Positions 8,950-18,439 of a stretch of DNA of 20,173 bases are shown here, piece by piece. A model generated the notes under the pieces. The model ran no database searches, was not told where the DNA came from, and saw only the letters and a program-made list of their open reading frames with translations. The stretch spans positions 1 through 20,173 of the forward strand of contig NW_021825457.1 in NCBI RefSeq assembly GCF_006345805.1, written 5' to 3'. Made by a program: the position numbers and the translations under genes. How positions within the stretch are numbered: the first letter of the stretch is position 1; the number at the start of each line of letters is the position of its first letter. The stretch comes from Octopus sinensis. Taxonomy: Eukaryota.

Positions 8950-9482
8950 TTCTTACCACACACCCACACACACATACACACACACAATTCGATTCAAAAT
9001 AACAAATGATCGTTTTCTTCGCAATTGAACTCGAAATTTTTGAACATAAGTCACTTTTATATAAAATGCGTAAACCCTGTGTAAAAAAAAAATTTTTCTA
9101 ATCAATTCCTCAAGGAAGCTGAAAGCGCGAACGGACAGTGTACAGTGTACGTAGTCATATAGGAGTGTTGCGTGTTTCGTTGAGTAAATGAGTATAAGTG
9201 TGTGTGACAGTGAGTGGGTGCATTTGTGTGTATGTGCGTATGGTTGTATATGTTTGCGCGCGTGAAGTGTGTGTGCGTGTGTCTATATATGTTTGTGTGT
9301 GTGAAGTTAATATGAATAAATATTTCGTAATGATAGCGGGAATGTATCCTCGTGCGATGTTTAGCAAAGCACTGAAATATAATCGATTTCAGAAGGATAA
9401 TAGGATAATAATATATTGAGTTAGATAAAACGTCAAGCAGAGAGCTTATTAAGGCATTTCCTAATGTATGCGCTTCTGTCTG

Positions 9483-9535
<53 letters not shown>

Positions 9536-9539
<4 letters not shown>

Positions 9540-9700
9540 AGGATATCGTGAAAGGCCTAGTTGGAGCCCCAACTTTCCAAGGTCTTTTACAGGGATTGGA
9601 AAAACCGAAGGACTGCTGCAATAAGTGTCGGAATCTGAGAGGCGAATATGTTGAATAAAAACTGATCCTACCGTATTTTCTTTTACCTAAATTCAGGATC
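9536..9700 (+). pseudogene. Probable mariner transposase C-terminal relic
   Basis: LLQGLEKPKDCCNKCRNLRGEYVE-stop (ending 9658) resembles the mariner ending GxxKLxxRWxKCxxxxGEYVE. No clear TIR is recognisable. Confidence 0.45.
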
Positions 9701-10118
9701 TTTTCATCACTCAAATGTGTGTATTTTGTTTATTTTATATTTATATTTATTAATATAACTTAACATTATGCACTTTATAATCTCTGACGACGCCTAGAGA
9801 TATATACAAGTACCTCATGTTCATCTACCTATTACTTCAATCCACTTGAGTAATAAAGGTAGAATGAGGTATTTTTATCTATTGGCTGAAACAGCTGTAA
9901 GTTATTTTACCAATTTATATTCATGTTTTTATAATAATTACTGGTATCCTTATATATTACTATATTTTATATCTTATATCTTATATGTAAAGAATAGTAT
10001 GTTATATGTATGTATGTTATTGTAATTACCAGTTTAGTAAATAAATAAATAAGTTAACATAATTTAATGTCTAAAAGCTGATGAACCACCTATTGTTCTC
10101 CTCCATTTTCTTATTTGC

Positions 10119-10157
<39 letters not shown>

Positions 10158-10434
10158 CTGTGTCTGTGTCTGTCTGCGTACGTGCGTGCGTATTTGTATA
10201 GGCTAGAATACCAGACGTGTCTATAGGCGTAGTCGTGGATGCTTGTTTAGAGAAAAGCACTTGTTAAGCGAGCCAGAACGGCAGTGGGCTAGAACGTTAA
10301 AACTTAGTGCGCATGCACAGCAGAGTTCAAGATCAATCTGTGCCAAGCGGTTTCACTCTGCACGCTTTTGCTTCGTTAGCAAAAGTCCGGATACTTATTG
10401 ATCAGATTACATATATATCTATACACACACACAC

Positions 10435-10506
<72 letters not shown>

Positions 10507-10509
<3 letters not shown>

Positions 10510-10891
10510 GTCAATAATAATAAAGGGTAAAATTAATTAATTAGTAATTAATAATTTTACCAAGCAGTGTCAGTATGTAAAAGGACCATTTACGGTAAAT
10601 TTAAAACATTACGTTATATAATTAGGGTTCAGTAAAAAAAATTACTTTACCACACACCGAACTTTTAGAAATAGCAGCCAAAGAATTTAGCTATTTCCTA
10701 AACTATAAGAAGAGTCTCCCAGACAATGTAGACTCAAAAACAATGCCTACGTGAATTGTTTTTGAGCATACATTATCTGGGAGATTCTTCTTACAGTAGA
10801 GGAAGTAACTAAATTCTTTGGCTGCTATTTCTAAAAGTTCGGTATGTGGTAAAGCAATTTTTTTTGCTGAACCCTAATTATATAAAGTAAT
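10507..10891 (+). mobile_element. Fold-back element, copy 3: ~100-bp head plus 137-bp inverted arms (10608-10744, 10755-10891) and 10-nt loop, between (TA)n tracts
   Basis: Manual alignment of the arms gives 13 mismatches in 137 positions and no indels. The loop is GCCTACGTGA. Confidence 0.8.
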
Positions 10892-10957
10892 ATATATATA
10901 TATATATATATACATACACACACACTTAACCGGTTTTAAATTGCATTTTCGAAAGTG

Positions 10958-11052
10958 TGTGTCCTACACCACCGTCTGACAACCGGCGTGTGTGTATTTA
11001 CTTCATCGTAACTTAGCTGTTCAGCGGCAGAGACCGATAAAATAAGCGCCAG
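10958..11052 (+). mobile_element. Diverged 3' half of a SINE family A-like copy
   Basis: CACCACCGTCTGACAACCGGCGTGTGTGTATTTACTTCATCGTAACTTAGCTGTTCAGCGGCAGAGACCGATAAAATAAG matches the reverse complement of 5765-5860 and 14060-14150 with many substitutions. Confidence 0.55.
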
Positions 11053-13038
11053 ATAGCAGAAAGGATACATATAAATTCATACAAGGTAGGAAGAATTTAT
11101 ACACTCCACAGCTGTACACACACTTTCTGAAAGAAGATCAGGTGGAAAAGTCACAGAAGAGGTGATAAAAGAGAAAAAGAAAGACATCGATAACTGAAAT
11201 TCACAACTAAATAACGGATTTGTTGTTATATGATAAAAAAAAATGTGTAAACTTGAATAGATAAAGAAATTGAAGTTCATTCTGTACGTTTTGGAAAAGG
11301 AATTTCAACTTGATCGATACAAATTCTAAAATATTCAGATGGACTATCTTTGACAATTCTTATCTTAGTGAAAAAAAGAAATGACACGAATATGTGAGTC
11401 AGGACAAATCTAGAATATTTGAATACTATTCGAAGCTTTTTAAAGAATTTCTGGAAGTTTTTCAGAGAAATATTATTTTGGAATAAAAACTATATTCAAA
11501 CTGTGTTCAGAATAATATCTTGTAAAAGTATTTGTTTTGATGACGATATTTCGAAATATGCTCATTTTTAAAACGTCATAAGTTTAAGGTAAATGTGAAC
11601 ATAAAATGTTTCTTAATGATGCAAAAATTAAATGATTCCACCGAAATATGGTTTAACAAATTCGACCCTTCTGTACAGCTTCTTAACATTCATTGCAGAA
11701 ACATCTTTCAGTCTCCAGACAAGCTGATAACCAATTTATGCTGTTTTCCTTCAGATGTCTAAACGAATATGTCAAATCTTTCTCACGTGTCTCCTACAAG
11801 AGACTGTGATGGAACCGAACCATGTTTTGTACATGAAATAGCTTGATGTTCACTTTGGGCTTTCAAAAGGGATTAGATAAAACAGAAATTTTAAGCCAAT
11901 AAATTTAATTAAAAAGGAAATATGAGCATTTAAGTGTGGATTGCTTTTGATTTTGGCAATACAACAAAAGTTCTGAACATGCTTTGGTCTTATTAAACGC
12001 CTTCATTGAATCACAACTTGTATTAAGACTATCAGAGAAAGGCAAACCTTTCATTACACACAAGCACGCACAATCATACATCAGTTAATTATCTTCATAT
12101 AACAGCCAGGCACATCATAGAAGATGAAAATCCTCAACGCACCCAATGTATAAACGAGTGTGAGATATAAATACGATTTTGTTTGAATAAACATTGAGTG
12201 GTATGGCGATAAGTTGAACTAAAGACGGTCGAGTGAGAACATAAACGGACAGACAACTGCTACGATAAAAACAAACAGTAAAGACTGAAATAAAACATTT
12301 AATTTAAAGAGACAAGAAAAGTTTTCTTAATTAAAATAACATCGATGATCAGAAGAAACAGTAATTAGCTTAATGAAAAATTATTGTCAAGGAAGAACCT
12401 GTGAGATAAGCCTAAAATTTATAAGTAAATAAAAGAAAATAATAACTAAAACTCGTACAAAACAGAAGGGAGTGTGTCTGATCTTGACAAAGAGTGTTTT
12501 GATTCAAAATGGCGATTCTTCAATTAAAATTCATTCTGCCACAACTAGTTTAAGTGGTGTTCTATATTATTTATGAACGAGTGTAGCTATGCAACTGTGT
12601 GCTGGTAATTCGTGCGTTTTCCTAAGTAGCTGCAATCTAACAAAGGTCAAATATTGGAATTACAATAAATTATATCGCATCATGGTTTGCCATTTTTCCT
12701 GATAACCTTTGAATCTATGATGGATGTTTATCTGTTCAGATGCAGCGAATATTAACAGGATAAATTTGACATATCTAAAGGACCGTAAACTGAAAGATTA
12801 AATGCAAGTCCCATTCCGCAAGCCTCGAGGTAAACGTTCGTGTAATAGGATGATATTGTTATTGTAATTATCAATATATTGGTATGAAAGGCTAAAAGCA
12901 AAGGCTTTCCTGCCGGATGAAATAAGCTTTGCGACTGGTGTCAAACTCATTGACTATCTTCTTCTATCGACGTAATAATTATTTTGTTGTTACCATTTTT
13001 TTTGCATCGTTTGCTTATTGTTGTTCTTGGTCTTGTTG

Positions 13039-13079
<41 letters not shown>

Positions 13080-13881
13080 CTTTTAACTGCCATACTTCAA
13101 TACTGATTTACTATTTCACGCTAGACAAGGCATGCGCTACAATTATACTCTTTATCCTGTTCTCGCCTTTTCTCTCTTTCTCACTCTCTCTTTCTCTCTC
13201 ACCTTTTTCTCTATCTCTCGCTTTCTCTCTTTCTCTCTCTCTTTCTCTCTTCTCTCTCTCTCTCGCTCTCTCTCCTCCATTTTCCTTATCATCAAGCATA
13301 TGTATATATATATATATACATGCACACCCTGCTTATGTATATACGTGTGTAAGCGTCTGTGTGCGTCCGTGTGTCCGTGTGTCCGTGTGTGTGCCATATT
13401 TCACTTCGATATTCTAAATGTGTGGGTGAGGTGTAAATGTGTATGTACATAAATATGCATGTATACATGTATGCATGTTCACGTGGATATGGATGCACAG
13501 TTGTATGTGTCAGGTATTTACACATACAACCATATTTACACACACATGTATCAATATATGTATGTGTGCGCGCGTGCATGTGTTTAGAAAGTGAAAGAAA
13601 GAGTTAGGAAGAGCAAAATAATCTGGTTTAACCATATTTTAGTGTAGACGTCTCTAGAAATATATCTACGAAAGTATCTGTCTGTACTGAGTTAACACTC
13701 CTGAAACAAACACAAATATCTTAAACTTTGATGCACATAATATATAGATAAGCTACAGCTGTCTTGAAAACACTGCATTGAATATCTCACACTACAACAT
13801 AAGTTCACAACTTTCTTCTCATATATCTACAGAGAACTGTTGAAAACAAACAATCTGCTTAGTCGGAAGATTCTCTCTCAC

Positions 13882-14863
13882 GCAAAAATAAAAATAACAC
13901 TAACATATCGTTTTAACAGATATATTTACCAAAATTACATGGAAAATATACTCTTTACTCTTTACTCTTTTACTCGTTTCAGTCATATGACTGTGGCCAT
14001 GCTGGAGCACCACCTTTAGTCGAGCAAATCGACCCCAAGACTTATTCTTTGCAAGCCTAGTACTGATTCCGTCGGTCTCTTGTTCCGAACAGCTAAGTTA
14101 CAGGGACGTAAACACACCAGCATCGGTTGTCAAGCGATGTTGGGGGGAAAAACACAGACACACAAACATATACACACACACACATATATATATACATATA
14201 TACGACGGGTTTCTTTCAGTTTCCGTCTACCAAATCCACTCACAAGGCTTTGGTCGGCCCGAGGCTATAGTAGAAGACCCAAGGTGCTACGCAGTGGGAC
14301 AGAACCCGGAACCATGTGGTTGGTAAGCAAGCTACTTACCACACAGCCACTCCTACGACTATCTTGAAATACTAAGGAGGAAATTTATTCAATAAAATCG
14401 CCATTGGCATCGACCACAGCCTCAAGACGACTTCGGAAGATCCTGCAACTCTTCTAAACGGTCTCCTTTTTTCGGTTGGGGAATGCTGCCATAATCCTTG
14501 CCTTCAGTTCATCTTTGGTGTCACGAGGAGTTTTGTTGGTCTCTCGTTCAACTGCGCCCCACACCTGATAATAAAGAGGGTTGCAGTGTGATGAGTTAAG
14601 GGGCCAGATGTTAGGGGTGATGTAGTCGCAGAAATTGTCTGACAGCTATGACTGGGTTCTCCTGCTTGTGTAGCATGCTGGAGAATCCTGTTGACAGACA
14701 TAGGGTGTTCTAGCAGCCACCCTTTTGTCCCAGGGCAACACTACCTCCTCCAGGCACTTGATGTAGCCCTCCGTGTTGAGCGCGAGGTCGTGTTCGAAGA
14801 TGAATGGAGGCATAACGTCATCGTCATTAGTGATCCCTCCAAACGCCATGATGTTGAAAGCAT
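13882..14863 (-). mobile_element. Tc1/mariner DD37D (maT-type) fragment: 3' part of transposase (14385-14860) plus 3' UTR, no TIRs, interrupted by a SINE
   Basis: Translation gives NIMAFGGITNDDDVMPPFIF...YIKCLEEVVLPW...QQDSPACYTSRRTQS*LSDNFCDYITPNIWPLNSSHCNPLYYQVWGAVE...RSRLEAVVDANGDFIE*. There are 37 residues between the QQD aspartate and the last catalytic position, here TAT (Tyr) instead of Asp. It carries in-frame stops. Confidence 0.88.
13949..14359 (-). mobile_element. SINE family A, full length, nested in the DD37D fragment
   Basis: Complete head (A and B boxes), body, internal (CA)/(TA) tract, 3' half and (AAAGAGT)-type tail. The host reads continuously as GGAAAATAT/CTTGAAATAC once the SINE is removed. 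Confidence 0.93.
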
Positions 14864-15506
14864 ACAATCTGCTTAGTAAAAAGATTCTCCCTCACCAATG
14901 TATTGATTTTTTTTCTGAGATTTTGAGTCCCATTCAATAGCGTTGCAGCTTACTACACAGGACTTATGTCAAACATTTTCAGACGAAGGTGTGCCAAGAA
15001 CGTGAAATCCTTCTAGTTTAAGGACATGGAGAACTCATCCTCCCGTCCCTTGTTATCTGGAGGCTCCAGGACCTGTAAATCCCTGTGTCTCGAATGCATT
15101 GTGGCATTCTAGGCAAACAGTCCACCCGGACCACACAGCTGCTCTCTTTGCCTCGGTGAGATATTGTGCATATTACAAATATCAAATATATACATTAACA
15201 AGGAACATGAGCTGTTGTCCTGTTGCTATAAAAGAAGGTCCCTACTGCCCAACATTGAAACATCAGATGCTTATAATATATCATAAGCATCTGTTCCTAC
15301 AGTCCACTGCTTTCCTTTACTCCGGATCAGAACTGTCTACCTACTACCAACAACTGAATTAATTACAAAATAGTTTCCGTAGATGCTTACCGAAAACTAC
15401 GTAACTCTATTCTAATCCTTTATAATATTTCAAAGTTTAGAATCTAAACATTACAAGTGAATCTACTGATTCACACAATCCAGACAGACAGTCAGATAGA
15501 TAGATA

Positions 15507-16060
15507 AGTTTCTTTATTGGCCACACAGGGCTGCACACAGATGGGATAAGTTACAAGGTAGAGCTTTTCTTTTGGGGGATGAAGAGAACAAAAAACAAAA
15601 GAAAAAAAAAGGGGTGGCGTAGGTTTTCGATCAAGAGGGATCGTAAAAGGGAAGAAAAGAACAAAAACAAAAAAAATTGAATAAAATAAAAAGAATAAAA
15701 AGAAAAAAAGGAAAGGAAAAGGAGCAAAAGGAAAGAGAAATGAAAAAAGAAGAAAAAAGGGGAAAAAAAGGGGAAGAGGAAAAAAAGAACGATCAATAGG
15801 GATCGTGTATCACAGTGTTATGATATATGGTGTAAAGGGGAAAGCAAGTAAGGTTTATCCGTGGGAAGAAAAGCCTACGAAAAAGACCACGGTAACCTTG
15901 GTCAATATTGTTATATGTTACCACATTTGTTTGCAAGTGGGTAACCCTCTGTTTTCAATTTCTGGGTTCATAGGATTATGCTCAAGGTGGCTTCGTCATT
16001 CATACGTGCCATCCTTGCTACATTCACCTACTTTTTTTAAAACATTCGCTAGACAAAACT
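15507..16060 (-). mobile_element. 5'-truncated L1/Tx1-type LINE 3' end, copy 1 (ORF2 C-terminus plus pyrimidine-rich 3' UTR)
   Basis: The minus strand gives VLSSECFKK then, after a frameshift, VNVARMARMNDEATLSIIL*, followed by a U-rich UTR and AATAAA (15513-15518) running into (TATC)n. The clade assignment is from recall of similar octopus repeats. Confidence 0.6.
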
Positions 16061-16063
16061 ATC

Positions 16064-16154
<91 letters not shown>

Positions 16155-16160
16155 CAGATA
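16064..16160. repeat. (GATA)n microsatellite between the two LINE ends
   Basis: Directly visible. Confidence 0.97.
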
Positions 16161-16310
16161 ACTTTCTTTATTGGCCACACAGGGCTGGGCACAGAGGGGA
16201 CAAATACAAATGTAGAGCTTTGCTTTTCGAAGATGGAAAAAGAAAAGAAAAGGAGAAAAAAAAGGGAACAAATGTAAAATTCCGATCAAAAGGGATCAGG
16301 AAAAAAAAGC
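16161..16310 (-). mobile_element. Same LINE family 3' end, copy 2 (shorter, 3' UTR only)
   Basis: TTTCTTTATTGGCCACACAGGGCTG...GTAGAGCTTT...CGATCAAAAGGGATC is shared with 15509-15645. AATAAA is at 16167-16172 on the minus strand. Confidence 0.75.
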
Positions 16311-16325
16311 GATAGACAGACATAC

Positions 16326-16420
<95 letters not shown>
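16311..16420. repeat. (GATA)n microsatellite
   Basis: Directly visible. Confidence 0.97.
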
Positions 16421-16565
16421 CATCAATAACTCATATATATGTGCATATGTGAACGGCACACATTTTTCATAATCATTCTGAGATTATTTTTCATCACAAT
16501 AAAAATCTTTTCTGCCATATTCCCTCCCATCTTTTACTTACGAGACTCATTATTTTCTCTTTCCC

Positions 16566-16569
<4 letters not shown>

Positions 16570-16652
<83 letters not shown>
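16570..16652. repeat. Compound (TC)n(TATC)n microsatellite
   Basis: Directly visible. Confidence 0.95.
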
Positions 16653-16653
<1 letters not shown>

Positions 16654-17044
16654 CCCTCACTCTCTCCTTCACTTCTTCTATGCCCCCATCTCTTTCACTA
16701 TCTCCTTGGATTACAAACCTATCCCACCTGTCTCCTCTTGCAAAAATTTATTTACCTGCAAACCTCTTCTCCAGATCAGTCACAATTAACGTTAGAAAAT
16801 AGCAGCCAATCTCTCTGTCATTTCTAATGATTAGAACTAGCTCGTTACCAAAGGACAAACACGTACACGTACACACACACACATACACATACACGCACAC
16901 ACAAATATTCGCATGCAAACATACACAAATACACATATACGCATACATCTATATACATCTATATAAATATGTGCGTGTGAATGTATCTTTTGTTCTTTTA
17001 CATATTTCCGTCATTTTGAGTATGCATTTAATATATACATACAT

Positions 17045-17079
<35 letters not shown>

Positions 17080-17093
17080 ATATAAATATATAT

Positions 17094-17125
<32 letters not shown>

Positions 17126-17137
17126 ATATATATATAC

Positions 17138-17172
<35 letters not shown>

Positions 17173-17892
17173 GATTTATTATTATATATAGACTAACTAC
17201 GCTAAGCTAGCTATGAAGAATTTAACATGTGCATATGTCTTATAATATATGTGTCTGTGTGTATGTATCATAATTATATATATATATATATATATATATG
17301 CGTACATGCATATAAATATACATATAATATATATATAAACATATTAAAAAATATACAAATGCAATATATATAATATTATAAGTACATTATATATATATAT
17401 ATATATCCTTTTATCCATGCATTCGTATATACATAGATACACACATACATATATGCGTGCATAAACACACTTGCTCAATCAGAATTTTATACACATTTTC
17501 TTGTTTTCTGTTATTGTTCTCGTATTATATAAATTTATGAACCTACGTCCTATACATACATACACACACACAAGCACACACATATATACGCGTAAATAAA
17601 TGAATGTGTGCATCTTGTGTGTGTATATACATCTATATATATGTGTGTTTGTGTGTGTGTGTGTTGTGGTTTATGCATGTCTGTTATGCATAGATATTAA
17701 TGTAGATATTAATGGTAAATGATAGCATGTGTTGTTTACCTGTTTCACTAGAAATCTGTGGGCGTCCCCGAGTCCCTACATCATGTCATTTACGAATAGA
17801 CATTTCTCAGAATATTCACTGGAATGTGCAAGTTTAAGAAATAATCGACATCAACGTAAATAAGTGAATCGAAAAATACCCATATAGATGTA

Positions 17893-18415
17893 TTGGGTTG
17901 TCCGGAAAGTTCGTGCCGAAAGTTCTTTAAAGGAAAGAAAAAGGTCAATGAATACTTGCCATTACGTTTTTAATCAACCAAATATGAACCATTTTCTTGC
18001 ACAAGGCGTCTCCATCTTTTCTTTAACTTGAAAATACCCTCTTCCCAGAATTGAGGTGGTTTCATGGCAAAGAATTCATCAAGGTATCTTAATGGTAAAA
18101 ATTTCAAAGAATTGAAATGTTTACCATTAAGACTATTCTGCAGAGACCTGAATAAGTGGAAATCCGAAGGAGCAATATCTGGTGAATATGGAGGGTGGGG
18201 TAACACAACCCAGGCCGAGCTGCAGCAATTTTTGTCTGGTTCCCAAAGCATCAAGTGCCGAAAATGAACTTTCTTATCTTCCACTTTAAAGGGTTACAAA
18301 ATTAACACAGGTTATAGGAACATAAACCTTCTTCCACAAAAAGATAGCTTAAACTGTGTTCTAAATGGAGGTGTAGTCAAATCCTATTTTATGGACTCAA
18401 CCATGTTCTAAAATA
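17893..18415 (-). mobile_element. Internally deleted mariner element; one TIR retained (17893-17919, preceded by TA), deleted transposase frame 17970-18284
   Basis: TA-TTGGGTTGTCCGGAAAGTTCGTGCCGA is a mariner-type TIR. The ORF joins an N-terminal (V/M)EDKKVHFRHLMLWE to LPHPPYSPDIAPSDFHLFRSLQN...GIFKLKKRWRRLVQENGSY, which carries the mariner YSPDLAPSD motif. The start codon is GTG. The other TIR is not found before the (TA)n at 18416. Confidence 0.9.
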
Positions 18416-18439
18416 TGTATATATATATATATATATATA

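Noticed and set aside
10225-10400. Very degenerate SINE-head-like sequence (GGCGTAGTCGTGG...GAGTTCAAGATC)
   Set aside because: Too diverged to align with confidence by eye.
11755-11841. Strong-looking acceptor (TGTTTTCCTTCAG) followed by ATG and a 28-aa ORF
   Set aside because: No recognisable peptide, no donor, and no upstream exon to link to.
12500-12720. YY1-like CAAAATGGCG (12505-12514), AGGTCA half-site and TCF-like CCTTTGAA in unique DNA
   Set aside because: Short motifs are expected by chance, and I have no conservation or chromatin evidence.
15264-15293. Perfect 11-bp hairpin CAGATGCTTAT-AATATATC-ATAAGCATCTG
   Set aside because: It is isolated, too short for a pre-miRNA and has no associated element end. 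It is probably a local template-switch product.
17740-17818. Minus-strand exon candidate ending ACAG/GTAAAC
   Set aside because: The 79-nt form has stops in all three frames. The 36-nt form (GLGDAHRFLVKQ) has a poor polypyrimidine tract. A non-coding exon cannot be excluded but is unsupported.
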